A DNA stretch of 64,000 nucleotides from a virus (lineage: Duplodnaviria > Caudoviricetes). The translations under genes and the position numbers were made by a program. Under the pieces are notes generated by a model, which made no database searches, was not told the DNA's origin, and saw only the letters and a program-made list of their open reading frames with translations. How positions within the stretch are numbered: the first letter of the stretch is position 1; each line of letters starts with the position of its first letter. This document shows, one piece after another, positions 8,413 to 19,058 of this stretch. The stretch is from the IMG/VR virus record IMGVR_UViG_3300028591_000082, one strand, 5' to 3'.

Positions 8413-9393
8413 ATGGAAGCTTTAACAGAAGGTCAAAAACAAAATAATGTTTTTCAAAAAAATGGAAATATTACAAAAGAAGGTGATAAAAAATTATATG
8501 CACCACAAATAGAAAAAGCAGAACAAGAAAACAAAGAAAAAATTTTAGATAAAAAAACTCTCGAAATAATTGGAAGAAAATTTATAGAAGAATTTAAAGA
8601 TGAAAAAATTCATCAAAATGTGTTTGGTAATAGTAATGATTATGTTGATTTAGGTAGAGTTATTGCAAACAAAGAAAAAATAATGCTAAATAATAATTTA
8701 GCACAATTAATAGCTAGAAAATATTTGTTAAATTCTGCACCAAAGCTTATGCCATCTTTAAATAAAGAAGAAATACAAACAAAGGCTATTTTATCACAAA
8801 GTGATCATAATGTTCATAATTTAGATAATAAACAAGGTTTTAATGAATTTGGTGATAAAAAATTTTATATAGAACTTCCAATAGGAGCTTTATTTAAAGG
8901 AAAGCTGAAAGAAGTTAATTCGCCAGATGGTATATTTATAGATTTTAGTAAAAGTAATGTTAAATTTTATTTTGTTGAATTAAAATCAAATTCTATTTAT
9001 TTATCTGGTAATAGTTTATCTGATAGTGGAAAATATTTAAAAAAATTTTTAGGAAATAATGTAATAAGTAAATTAAATAGAATAGGTGTTACTAATTCAA
9101 GTAATATTGAAGTAGAAAATTTTAAAAAAAATGAAAAAATTTCAAATAATGCACAATTATTTACGACAAAAGAGTTTTCAAAATTTATACAGGGAGCTAT
9201 TTTTATAAGAGGTGTTCGAGCTGAAAATTTTGAAAGTCTTGGAAATAATAAAACCTTAAAGAAAATGTTTGAGCTATTGCATAAAGTGAATAAAGCAAAA
9301 GATTTTAAAGAAAACGTTAATGAATTTAAAAATTATATAAATTCATTAAATTCAGAAAATTTTTCTGTCGAAACTAAATACTTTAATTACTAG
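8413..9393 (+). CDS. PD-(D/E)XK-like nuclease-fold protein with C-terminal SVETKYFNY
   Basis: SPDGIFID...FYFVELKS motif; starts MEALTEG. Confidence 0.55.
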   Translation: MEALTEGQKQNNVFQKNGNITKEGDKKLYAPQIEKAEQENKEKILDKKTLEIIGRKFIEEFKDEKIHQNVFGNSNDYVDLGRVIANKEKIMLNNNLAQLIARKYLLNSAPKLMPSLNKEEIQTKAILSQSDHNVHNLDNKQGFNEFGDKKFYIELPIGALFKGKLKEVNSPDGIFIDFSKSNVKFYFVELKSNSIYLSGNSLSDSGKYLKKFLGNNVISKLNRIGVTNSSNIEVENFKKNEKISNNAQLFTTKEFSKFIQGAIFIRGVRAENFESLGNNKTLKKMFELLHKVNKAKDFKENVNEFKNYINSLNSENFSVETKYFNY

Positions 9394-9400
9394 AAAATCT

Positions 9401-9423
9401 GCCACTCTTTGAGTGGCTTTTTT
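9401..9423 (+). terminator. rho-independent terminator
   Basis: GCCACTC-tttt-GAGTGGC followed by a T-run. Confidence 0.85.
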
Positions 9424-9529
9424 ATTGACCATTTTTAAAATTGTGTTATTATTACGCTACTAATGTGGTAGTTTTACTGAAAAAACTGCTTAATGACACT
9501 AGCAAAGTTAATCACCCACGGAGTTAAGA

Positions 9530-11854
9530 ATGGATAAAAAAGTCATTAAAAGAAATGGTCAAGAAGTAAATTTTGACGAGGAAAAGATTAGAAGAGTTAT
9601 CAATTTGGCTAATAATAATAAAGATGTACCAGATGATAAGAGAATGAATGAAGAGCAGATGGAAAAAGTATTCCAAGTAGCTCTTAAAAAACTTGAACCT
9701 ATGAACAATGTTAAAGTAGAGGACATTCAGGATATAGTTGAAAATGCCCTTATGCTTAAGAATCATTTTGAAATAGCTCGTTCATATGTTCTTTATAGAA
9801 ATAATAAAAAACGCGATAAGAAATTCTCAGAAGATGAGGAAAAAATTATTGCTGTTCTTGATGGAACAAATGAATCTGTAAAACAGGATAATGCAAATAA
9901 GAACTCTGATATGCTTGGAACTCAGAGAGATTATATGGCTGGAACAAAATCAAAAGCCATTGTTAAAAAGACTTGGTCAAAAAAGATTATAACTCTTGAT
10001 ACAAAAGGAGTTATTCATATTCACGATAAAGATTATCGTGCAATGCGTATGACAAACTGCTGTCTTGTTAACCTTAAATATATGTTCAGAAATGGCTATA
10101 TGCTTAATTCCGAATTTATGCATGAACCATCTGATTTTTTAGTTGCTTGTACTTGTGCAACACAGATTGCTCAGCATGTATGTTCAGAACAGTATGGTGG
10201 ACAGACAATGTCTTGGGCTCATATTTCTTATTATGTAAATAAGACAAGACAGAAATATAGAAAAGCAGTAAGAGAAGAATTTGATTCTGTAGGAATTACA
10301 GCAACAGAAGAACAGATTAATGAAATTGCAGAGCAGAGAACACTTAAGGAAATTAAGAAAGGAGTTAAAACATTCCAGTATCAGATTCTTACACTCTCTG
10401 GAACAAACGGACAATCTCCATTTATTTCTGTAGCAATTAATTTTGCTGAATGTGAAAGTGAGCAGGAAAGATATGACCTTTATCTCGTAGCAAAAGAAGT
10501 ATTTGAACAGAGATTAAGAGGAGTAGAAGACGCAAATGGACATAGAGTTTCGGCTCTTTTTCCAAAAATTCTTTATTTCTTGGATGAATATACAGCAGAA
10601 GGTGGAGAATACTTTGATAAATTAATGCCACTTATTTGTAAGTGTGAAAATGAAAGAATGGCTCCAGATTTTATTTCTTCTAAAGTTCAGAAAGCTCTTA
10701 AAGGAAATACAATTGCTTATCCTTGTATGGGATGTCGCTCATTCCTTACAACTGAGGGAAGTTATTTTGAAGATGGAGTTACTAAGAATTGTAATGAAAA
10801 CTTCTACGGTAGACATAATAATGGTGTTATAACTATTAATCTTCCTTATGTAGCACTTGAAGCAAATAAAATTTACAATGAATTAACTGCACAAGGAGAA
10901 AAGGTTTCTCTTAAAGATATATTCTTTAATAAATTGGATGAATATCTTGAAGTAATTTATAATGATGGATTTGTTCAGACTTATAAGAGATTAAAAGGAA
11001 CAAAAGCAAAGGTTGCTCCAACTCTTTGGGTATGGGGAGCTCTTGCTCATCTTGACCCAGAAGACACAATTGACCATCTTATTACTGGATGGCGTTCAAC
11101 ATATTCACTTGGATATGTAGGACTTTGGGAAACATCTCTTGCAATCACTGGAAAAAATCATGTAGAAGATCCAAGTTTTGCACTTTCTATTCTTGAATTC
11201 TTTAATAAAAAGCATGCTGAGTGGCATACTAGATTAATGGACCCAGAAGATCCTAATTCATTCTTGAATACATCTTCTTATGGAACTCCAGAAGAGAATA
11301 CTACAGAAAAGTTTGCAAATGCTCTTAAGAGAGATTTTGATATTATGGAAGGAGTTAACGATCATGGATTTGTAACAAATTCTTATCATATTATTCCTTC
11401 ATATTCTCCAAAAGGAGATGGTAGAGGAATTGATGCTTTCCACAAGCTTGAACATGAAGCAAAATTCTTAGCACTTTCATCTGGTGGAGCTGTTTCTTAT
11501 GTAGAAATTGCAGATATGGCTGATAATCTTGATGTTATTGAATCAGTTATTAATCATATGTATAATACAATTCTTTATGCTGAATTTAACATCAGAAAAC
11601 ATATTTGTTATAAATGTGGATTTAATGGAGAAATCCCATTAGTTAGAAATAAATTTGGAAAACTTTTATATGAGTGCCCAAGTTGTGGAAATACAGATAC
11701 TTCAAAAATGAACATTCTTACAAGATGCTGTGGATATATATTTAATGCAGCAAATGGTGCTTGTCAGGGAAGATATGAAGATATAAATTCAAGAAAATTA
11801 AATCTCGGTGGAGGAAGGAGTAGAAATGCCCTCACAGACCAGATTGCAGTCTAG
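9530..11854 (+). CDS. nrdD: anaerobic ribonucleoside-triphosphate reductase (class III) with N-terminal ATP cone
   Basis: VIKRNGQEVNFDEEKI ATP cone, IHIHD, QYGGQ, MGCRS, TNSYH, CYKC...CPSC Zn ribbon, TRCCGY glycyl-radical loop. Confidence 0.97.
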   Translation: MDKKVIKRNGQEVNFDEEKIRRVINLANNNKDVPDDKRMNEEQMEKVFQVALKKLEPMNNVKVEDIQDIVENALMLKNHFEIARSYVLYRNNKKRDKKFSEDEEKIIAVLDGTNESVKQDNANKNSDMLGTQRDYMAGTKSKAIVKKTWSKKIITLDTKGVIHIHDKDYRAMRMTNCCLVNLKYMFRNGYMLNSEFMHEPSDFLVACTCATQIAQHVCSEQYGGQTMSWAHISYYVNKTRQKYRKAVREEFDSVGITATEEQINEIAEQRTLKEIKKGVKTFQYQILTLSGTNGQSPFISVAINFAECESEQERYDLYLVAKEVFEQRLRGVEDANGHRVSALFPKILYFLDEYTAEGGEYFDKLMPLICKCENERMAPDFISSKVQKALKGNTIAYPCMGCRSFLTTEGSYFEDGVTKNCNENFYGRHNNGVITINLPYVALEANKIYNELTAQGEKVSLKDIFFNKLDEYLEVIYNDGFVQTYKRLKGTKAKVAPTLWVWGALAHLDPEDTIDHLITGWRSTYSLGYVGLWETSLAITGKNHVEDPSFALSILEFFNKKHAEWHTRLMDPEDPNSFLNTSSYGTPEENTTEKFANALKRDFDIMEGVNDHGFVTNSYHIIPSYSPKGDGRGIDAFHKLEHEAKFLALSSGGAVSYVEIADMADNLDVIESVINHMYNTILYAEFNIRKHICYKCGFNGEIPLVRNKFGKLLYECPSCGNTDTSKMNILTRCCGYIFNAANGACQGRYEDINSRKLNLGGGRSRNALTDQIAV

Positions 11855-12107
11855 AAATGAAAATAATATATATTATGATATTGGTGCAGATATTGATGAT
11901 TTTTATTCACCAATAGATAATAATATTGAACTTCATATGGAAGCACGACCATTTGTGGTAGAACCAAGAAGATTAAATGTTACTTGGACTCGTGATTTTT
12001 TAGTAGAATTTAATACTGAATATGACGAAACTGATGAGATAAATTCTTTGTTTAAAAAAGAAACAAAAAAAATTAAAAAGAAACGTAGAAAAGTTATAAA
12101 AATTTAG
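11826..12107 (+). CDS. hypothetical protein with an MCP-like RRLNVTWT motif
   Basis: ATG at 11826 after AAGGAG; overlaps the nrdD 3' end. Confidence 0.55.
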   Translation: MPSQTRLQSRNENNIYYDIGADIDDFYSPIDNNIELHMEARPFVVEPRRLNVTWTRDFLVEFNTEYDETDEINSLFKKETKKIKKKRRKVIKI

Positions 12108-12184
12108 TATCAGAAAAAAAGATTGTTTAAAATAGCCATAAAGTTTCTCCAATACAAGTTAAAAATAAGAAATGGAGAAATTTT

Positions 12185-12751
12185 ATGGCTATAAAACTTT
12201 CAGATAGTAAATCTTTTAAACTAGAACCGATTAGAAAAAATAGGTGGGTCTTCCAATTTTCTGCAATTCCAGGAAATGATGATAAGCAGAGTGAAGCTTT
12301 AGCTTTTGTATGTAAGACTTGTAATGCTCCAGAAATTTCATTTAATGCAACAACTGCAAACCGTATGAATGAAAAATTCAAGTATGCTGGTCTTCCAGAA
12401 TGGAATCAGATTTCTTGTACATTCTATGATTATATAAGAAATGCTACTGGTGGAGCTGGAGAACTTTCTGCTGGTGATATTCTTTATAACTGGTCTTGTA
12501 TGATTTATAATCCACTTACTGGACAGATGGGATACAAAACACAGTATGCAACTTCTGCAACACTTGCTCAGCTTGATCCAGCTGGTAACGTTGTAAGAGC
12601 TTGGAATATTTTTGGTATCTTCCCAACAAAAGTTAGTTTTGGTAACGGTCTTTCTGCAACAGATGGTGAAATCTGTGAAATTGAAGCAACATTTGATTAT
12701 GATCTTGCTATCAAAATTACAGATGCTAAGACTGCAACTGAATCGGCATAA
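12185..12751 (+). CDS. gp19: tail tube protein (T4 gp19-like)
   Basis: EPIRKNRW...KYAGLPEWNQISCTFYD...QLDPAGNVVRAWNIFGIFP...IEATFDYD. Confidence 0.9.
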   Translation: MAIKLSDSKSFKLEPIRKNRWVFQFSAIPGNDDKQSEALAFVCKTCNAPEISFNATTANRMNEKFKYAGLPEWNQISCTFYDYIRNATGGAGELSAGDILYNWSCMIYNPLTGQMGYKTQYATSATLAQLDPAGNVVRAWNIFGIFPTKVSFGNGLSATDGEICEIEATFDYDLAIKITDAKTATESA

Positions 12752-12773
12752 TTATAATAATTATATATATTTT

Positions 12774-12798
12774 AGGCTGCCTAATGGCAGCCTTTTTT
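12774..12798 (+). terminator. rho-independent terminator
   Basis: AGGCTGCC-taat-GGCAGCCT followed by a T-run. Confidence 0.85.
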
Positions 12799-12829
12799 AT
12801 TTTCTAAGATAATTTTAAAGGAAAAAGAA

Positions 12830-15800
12830 ATGGCAGAAGAAGCTAAAAATAATTATAGTTATATTGAAGATGAAAACTGTATTCAGATAGATGCTGGTGG
12901 AAATATAGTAAATATAGATTTTAATAATGCTTATGAATTTTTTAATAGTATAGAAAATAGTAATCTTCAAGAATCTGATGAAACAAAGTTAGAGTTTATT
13001 GCTGTTCTTAATGAAAGTATAGTAAATGCATATAATACAATAATAAATAGTAATAGTTATTTATCAAACATAATGGTTACTAAAAGAAAATATGTTAATA
13101 AAATATTAAAGCTTATTGATAAAATAAAAATTGAAAGAACAAAACCATATTGGTTTAAATTTTCAGATACTAATAACATAAAAGGTAGAATTGATTATAT
13201 AACATCATATCTTCCAGAATATTATTTTAGTGAGAATAATAAAAATGGATTGTTTATAAAAATAATAGATTATTATGATGATTATATAAAAACATTAGAA
13301 AATTTTGATAAGACAACATTAATATTACAACTTAAACAAGGTGCTAATTACACTGCAAATGTATATACAAAATTAGATGATTATTTAAGTAAGCAATCAT
13401 ATATACAATTTGGTAATACATCAACTGATAATTGCTTTAATTGGGTTAAATCAACTGGTTACGGAAAAAATCAATATCAAGTAGCATTACAATATTGTAA
13501 TAGTGGTCAGCATTATATTTTAGATGATATTGGATACGTCCCAAAAGGTGATGCCGTTAATACTTGGATTAAAAAAATAAATAAAGAGCTTGAACCATAT
13601 AAAATGCAAGTTAGTAAAACAATTTATGATCCAAATTTAAAAGATCTTACTAATGGTATTTTAGGAAAATTAACTAAAACAGATGAAATCAATAAAATAG
13701 ATTTACCTCAAGAAATAATACGTACATTAGGTGCTGGAGATGGTAATGCTCTTTCTCAAATTTTTGATGATGCTGGAAAATTCGGAGGGGATTTTTTTAG
13801 AAAAGCTTTTGATAAATATCATACATATAATGCATCTAAAAAAAATTATAATAATGCTAATTTTAAAAATCTTAAGGGCTTATTAAAAAATAATAATTTT
13901 TTTGGTATTGATATATCTAATTTTGATAAAATTGATACAGAACATAAAATATGGGAATATATAGGAGTTTGCTTAAATAAACTTTATGCAGAATTAAAAA
14001 CTGCAGAAGCAAATAATTCAGAAAATATAATGCAATATTTTAGAAATAATGTAGATGATAGATTATCTAACAATTTAAGCAAACCATTTCAAAGTTTTGT
14101 TGATATTGATAATTATTATGATTTTTATACAAGTATGACACCTTGGATTAGACTTACTTTTAGGTTTAGAGGTGAAAAAGAAATTATAAGCGTTCCTATA
14201 GATAATATAAAATATTCATTTATAAAATCTTTAAATATGACTGATAATGGAGCTAAAAAATTTAAAATAATTTTATATGATAGAGATTTTAATACTCCAA
14301 TAAAAGTAAAAGATGAAGAAACTGGAACATATAAAAGTTATGGAAGTTTGGATAGATTAATTGCAAGAACATTAAATTTAAATACTGAATCAAAAAAAAG
14401 TGTAGATAAAGATTCAACATCAAAAAGTTTAAGAGCGTATAAAATTGGTGCATCTGATTATGGAGATCTGCAGGGATTTGAAGCTCAATCATCAACAGAT
14501 GGAAATTTGATAGTAGAATATGGGTTTAATGAGTATGATACAACAACATATATTAATACAATACATAAAGATTTTGATACAGTAAAAGTAAACAAAAACG
14601 GAAAAGAAGTAGAAGAAAAGACTTATATAACAGTAGGTGGAACAAAATATCATAATTCAAGAAAAGGAAGATGGTGGCAAGTAAACACAGAATCATCTGA
14701 TTCTACAAATATAACAATGGCAGATAGATTTACTGGTGTAAATCAATCAACTGGAAGAACAAATGTTTTTTATACTCTTATAACTGGGTATACAACTAAA
14801 TTTACAGAAGGTGGAATTTATTATACTATAGAAGCTATAGAATTTAAGGAAACTGAATTAAATAATTATAAAATATATCAAAGATATACTAATTTAGTTG
14901 GTACACCTAAAGAGATATTATACTCTACTATGAAAATAATCCATGGATTATTTGGTAATAATATAAAAATAAAACTCGATCCAGATTTAGCTCAAGAAAA
15001 TGGAGTTTATGAAGAGTTAGAAGAAGTAAACGAAGAAGGAGAAGATGGAGAAACAGTTATAGGAAATAGAGTAAAAGAAATATCTCTTTCTTTGGGTACA
15101 AAAGATGCTATATCTATGTATAGAAATCCAAATGATCCAAATAAAATAACAAAAGATATAAGCATAATAAAAACAAGTAATGCAAAAATGTATAAAAGTG
15201 TAAAAAGTTTACTTGATGATTTGTGTGCAGTAATGCCAGCAAAATTGGATGAAAATGTTGTTACAGAAGATGTGCTCATTCAAGATGAAGATGGAAATAG
15301 CAAAAAAGTAAACGAGGCATACAAATCATATAGAAGATTTACTTATACAACATTTAAAGAAGGAAAAACTATATATGTAATTTTTCATTATCAAAAACCA
15401 AGAGGTTTTGAAAAAATAAGAAGATATAATTGGGGACCTGCAAATCCTTTAAATAGTGTTATAAAATCTGTAGATATAAAAACAGAAAATGAATATTCTC
15501 TTCTTTCTAGCATGACTGTTATAAACTATAAAGATGGACAATTAAATAAAGGTATAATTACTAGAGATGGTGGATATTTAGTTGACAGTAAAGACAAAAA
15601 CGGAAATAAAACTGTTATTTTTAAACCGAATGAAGGTGCTAAAGCTGACTATATTTATTCACCAGGTGATAGTAAAACAGAACAAGAAATAGCTTTAAGT
15701 TATGCTCAATGTCTTTATAATGGTAGTATAACTATTTTAGGAGATCCATTTTATAATTTTGACAAATTTGTAATACCTTATACTTATCCAATTTATTTGA

Positions 15801-16054
15801 ATTTTAAAATTCCAATGTCTGAAATAGATATAATGGATAGGTATAGTGGAAATAAAGAAAAATATAAAGAAGCAAGAGATGAAGATGGAACAGAAACAGC
15901 AATAAATAAAACAAGTAATGGCTATTCTCATTTTATGTCTGGTTTTTACGTTGTTACAAATATAGAACAAAATATAACAGAGTCTGGATTCACAACAACA
16001 TTAGGAGTAATGTCTTATCCAAATATTACCAAAGACATACTATCCCAAAAATAA
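12830..16054 (+). CDS. baseplate hub protein (gp27/gpD-like) with long N-terminal extension
   Basis: C-terminal GSITILGDP...SGFYVVTNIEQNITESGFTTTL; lies between tail tube and tape measure. Confidence 0.7.
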   Translation: MAEEAKNNYSYIEDENCIQIDAGGNIVNIDFNNAYEFFNSIENSNLQESDETKLEFIAVLNESIVNAYNTIINSNSYLSNIMVTKRKYVNKILKLIDKIKIERTKPYWFKFSDTNNIKGRIDYITSYLPEYYFSENNKNGLFIKIIDYYDDYIKTLENFDKTTLILQLKQGANYTANVYTKLDDYLSKQSYIQFGNTSTDNCFNWVKSTGYGKNQYQVALQYCNSGQHYILDDIGYVPKGDAVNTWIKKINKELEPYKMQVSKTIYDPNLKDLTNGILGKLTKTDEINKIDLPQEIIRTLGAGDGNALSQIFDDAGKFGGDFFRKAFDKYHTYNASKKNYNNANFKNLKGLLKNNNFFGIDISNFDKIDTEHKIWEYIGVCLNKLYAELKTAEANNSENIMQYFRNNVDDRLSNNLSKPFQSFVDIDNYYDFYTSMTPWIRLTFRFRGEKEIISVPIDNIKYSFIKSLNMTDNGAKKFKIILYDRDFNTPIKVKDEETGTYKSYGSLDRLIARTLNLNTESKKSVDKDSTSKSLRAYKIGASDYGDLQGFEAQSSTDGNLIVEYGFNEYDTTTYINTIHKDFDTVKVNKNGKEVEEKTYITVGGTKYHNSRKGRWWQVNTESSDSTNITMADRFTGVNQSTGRTNVFYTLITGYTTKFTEGGIYYTIEAIEFKETELNNYKIYQRYTNLVGTPKEILYSTMKIIHGLFGNNIKIKLDPDLAQENGVYEELEEVNEEGEDGETVIGNRVKEISLSLGTKDAISMYRNPNDPNKITKDISIIKTSNAKMYKSVKSLLDDLCAVMPAKLDENVVTEDVLIQDEDGNSKKVNEAYKSYRRFTYTTFKEGKTIYVIFHYQKPRGFEKIRRYNWGPANPLNSVIKSVDIKTENEYSLLSSMTVINYKDGQLNKGIITRDGGYLVDSKDKNGNKTVIFKPNEGAKADYIYSPGDSKTEQEIALSYAQCLYNGSITILGDPFYNFDKFVIPYTYPIYLNFKIPMSEIDIMDRYSGNKEKYKEARDEDGTETAINKTSNGYSHFMSGFYVVTNIEQNITESGFTTTLGVMSYPNITKDILSQK

Positions 16055-16073
16055 AAGTTAAAATTGAGGCTTT

Positions 16074-19034
16074 ATGGAAGACAATGTAAATATGATCTCA
16101 CAGATGAATGATGGGATCATAGAGTTTAATAAAAATCTTAATCAGACAGACCTTCTTATGGGAGGAATTGGCGATACTCTTAAAACAATAACAACTTGGG
16201 TTGGTGCTGGAGCAATTTCTCTTGGTTTTAAGGATATGGTTTCTTCTCTTATGAAAATAAATGAAGAGGCTACAAAGTCTGCTGTTATTCTTGGTAAAAA
16301 AGCCTTCGGAAAAGATTTAAAACAGAACATAAAAGATATATCACAAAATATAGTAGATCTACAAAAAGAAATAGGTGTTTCTACAGAAAAAGCAAAAGAA
16401 CTTACTAATGCATTTTTAAAAGCAAGAATTACTGAAAATCTTCATGACGCAACAGCTGCAGCAGCTATGTTTGAAAGGGCTACTGGAGCAACAACTGATA
16501 ACATTGTAGATATGTACAATGAAATGTATCATGGTGCAAAAATGTCTACAGAATCTGTTAATTCAGTAATGGCATCGCTTTCTAAGGTACAGCATACAGC
16601 TGGTCTTACAGAAAAAGGAATGAACGCTGTAACAAAAGAAGCTGGAAGAATGGCTGTACAATTAAGAGGATTTGGGGCAACAGACAAACAAATTCAAAAC
16701 ATGACAGTTTCTCTTGGTAAATATGCTTCTTCAATGGAAAAAGTTGGAGTAAGTGCACAAGAAGCAACTGCTTGGGTACAGGAGTTAACAAATCCAGATA
16801 ATATAGAAAAAAATGTAGGACTCTATGCTCAGATGGGTATTTCTATGTCAGATGCTCTTAGTGGAAACTTTGATGCTATGCAATCTGGAGAACAGGAGTT
16901 TGCACAAAGAATTGTAGATATGGGTCCTATTGCTGGTGCTGCATATGCAAAACAATTTGGATATTCATATAGTAAGGCAATGAAAACTATGAATCTTGAA
17001 GATGCTGGACCAATAGATACAGATCCTCAAGAAGACGCAATGAAATCTCTTAAAGAAGCAAGTGAAGAAGTTCTTGGTATAACTGGAAAAATATCTAAAT
17101 GGTTCCAGCAAATAAAAGGAAATATACTTCAATTTGGTCCAGCTATTCTTGCTGGTGTTGCTGTTGTATTTGCTTTACTTAAATCAAAAATTTTAGGAAA
17201 AGCAAAAAAGACTTTAACAAGTACAGTAAGTGAAAGTATACAAAATGGTGTACAGGATGGCCTTAAAAATTTAAATGGAGCAAAAGTTGGTGCTGGGCTC
17301 ACTGGATTATTTAAAAGAAATTTTGATAAAGCAAATAAAAGTGGTAGCGGATATGATAAAACTGGAGATTTGTTAGGTATACATAAAACACTTTCTGCTT
17401 CTGGAGCAAAACCTGGATCTAATTTTTCTGATACATTTAGTATTTATAATGCACAAGTAAAAAAAGCAAGACAGGAAAATGCAAATGCAGAATTAATGCA
17501 AATTGCGCAATCTAAAATAGCAAGGGGCAAGATGTATGAAGAAGAAATAGAAAATACAAAAAGATTAATGGAAAAACTTGACCCTAACAGCAAAGAGTAC
17601 AAAAAACTTGGTGATAGAGTAGATTGGATGGAAAGTAATTCCAAAAGCTATAAAACAAGTGCTGAAAAAATGTTTTTACAAGGCGATAGGACAAAAGCTA
17701 CTCAAACAATGGCACTGCAAGAATTGTCAGCAAAAAAAACTGATGTTAAATCTCAATTATCAAAAAATGTAGAGAGAAAAAATGAAATAGAAAGTGCTCT
17801 TAGAATGGCAAAAAATAACAAAGTTGGCTCAAGAGAATATGAAGATGCAATGGCTAAACTTGTAAAAGAAACTGGAAAGGATTTTAATGAGTTAAGTGGA
17901 GTAGTTGAAAAAAGTAATGGTACATTAACTTCTTTTGCAGAAGGGCTTGGAGATAGTGGAAAAGAATTTGTTGAACTTGGAAATAATATAAATAAAGCAA
18001 ATGCAGAAATAAAAAGAATTGAGCATAAGGAAAATTTTATAAATAATGCTGCTGTAACTGAGCCAGATACAAGCCTTGGTGGAAGAATTAAGAGTAAATG
18101 GAATAATGGTATTGCAAAAATATCTAATAATTTTGAAGACTGGAAGATGAGAAATGGTGGCGGAAGTTTTAAAAGAGCATTAGGAAATTCTGCTGGTAGA
18201 GTTGCTATAAAAGGTCTTTCTGGTCTTGGAAAATTAGCAAAATCAATTGGAAAAATTGGTCTTAAATTTGGTGTATTTGGTTTATTAATGAAATTATTAC
18301 AACCATTAATTACTCAAATAAAAGAAAAACTTGCTCCAACTCTTGAGACATTACAAACATCTATAGGCGATTTATTTAATAGCCCAGATATGCAGAATCT
18401 AATTAATAATATTGCTGATTTTGCAAAAGATTTGGTTCCAGCATTAGTAGATATTGCTAAGGCATTTATGCCAGTAATTATAGCCATATTAAAACCATTA
18501 CTTAATTTATTTATTAAATTAGTTAATGCATTACTTCCTCCTATATTATGGATACTTGGGCAACTTCTTAAATTTAGTGGAAAAATTATAGAAGGATTGG
18601 GTCATTTACCAGGACTTCATGCATTACAAGATGTAGGTAAAAGTATAAATCAATCTGGTGCAGATATGGTAAATCTTTCTGCAACGATGAAAGAAAATAA
18701 AAAATCAGTTGATGAAAATACAGATACAGTTAAATCATCAACAGAAGATAAGGCTGCAGAAATGAGAGTTGCTTCAAAATATGGTTCTACAACTCTTATA
18801 GAAAGAGGTGCTGCAATTGGAAATACTGATTCTGCAAAAACAACTGCAGCAGTAGAAAAATCTACTAATGCATTAATAGAAAGTAATTTATCAACAGAAC
18901 AAAGAGCAGAAGAACAAAAGAATCTTGATGAAGCAATATTGAAAGGAAATTTTGATATACAAAAAGCAGTAAATCTCATATTGGATAAATTAACTGGAAT
19001 ATCTGGATTTATTCCAGTTGAAGTAAAAAAATAA
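16074..19034 (+). CDS. tape measure protein
   Basis: 986 aa, Ala/Gly/Lys-rich helical with amphipathic 11-residue-like repeats near the C-terminus; tail-module position. Confidence 0.85.
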   Translation: MEDNVNMISQMNDGIIEFNKNLNQTDLLMGGIGDTLKTITTWVGAGAISLGFKDMVSSLMKINEEATKSAVILGKKAFGKDLKQNIKDISQNIVDLQKEIGVSTEKAKELTNAFLKARITENLHDATAAAAMFERATGATTDNIVDMYNEMYHGAKMSTESVNSVMASLSKVQHTAGLTEKGMNAVTKEAGRMAVQLRGFGATDKQIQNMTVSLGKYASSMEKVGVSAQEATAWVQELTNPDNIEKNVGLYAQMGISMSDALSGNFDAMQSGEQEFAQRIVDMGPIAGAAYAKQFGYSYSKAMKTMNLEDAGPIDTDPQEDAMKSLKEASEEVLGITGKISKWFQQIKGNILQFGPAILAGVAVVFALLKSKILGKAKKTLTSTVSESIQNGVQDGLKNLNGAKVGAGLTGLFKRNFDKANKSGSGYDKTGDLLGIHKTLSASGAKPGSNFSDTFSIYNAQVKKARQENANAELMQIAQSKIARGKMYEEEIENTKRLMEKLDPNSKEYKKLGDRVDWMESNSKSYKTSAEKMFLQGDRTKATQTMALQELSAKKTDVKSQLSKNVERKNEIESALRMAKNNKVGSREYEDAMAKLVKETGKDFNELSGVVEKSNGTLTSFAEGLGDSGKEFVELGNNINKANAEIKRIEHKENFINNAAVTEPDTSLGGRIKSKWNNGIAKISNNFEDWKMRNGGGSFKRALGNSAGRVAIKGLSGLGKLAKSIGKIGLKFGVFGLLMKLLQPLITQIKEKLAPTLETLQTSIGDLFNSPDMQNLINNIADFAKDLVPALVDIAKAFMPVIIAILKPLLNLFIKLVNALLPPILWILGQLLKFSGKIIEGLGHLPGLHALQDVGKSINQSGADMVNLSATMKENKKSVDENTDTVKSSTEDKAAEMRVASKYGSTTLIERGAAIGNTDSAKTTAAVEKSTNALIESNLSTEQRAEEQKNLDEAILKGNFDIQKAVNLILDKLTGISGFIPVEVKK

Positions 19035-19058
19035 GTATAAATAAATTAAGATAATATT

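Noticed and set aside
9530..11854. Intron or intein in nrdD
   Set aside because: Continuous 774 aa ORF of normal size with all motifs and no intein or homing-endonuclease signature
19036..19043. T4 late promoter TATAAATA before the 19059 gene
   Set aside because: Isolated instance expected by chance in AT-rich DNA; AAGATAA at 19048 fits the genome-wide pattern
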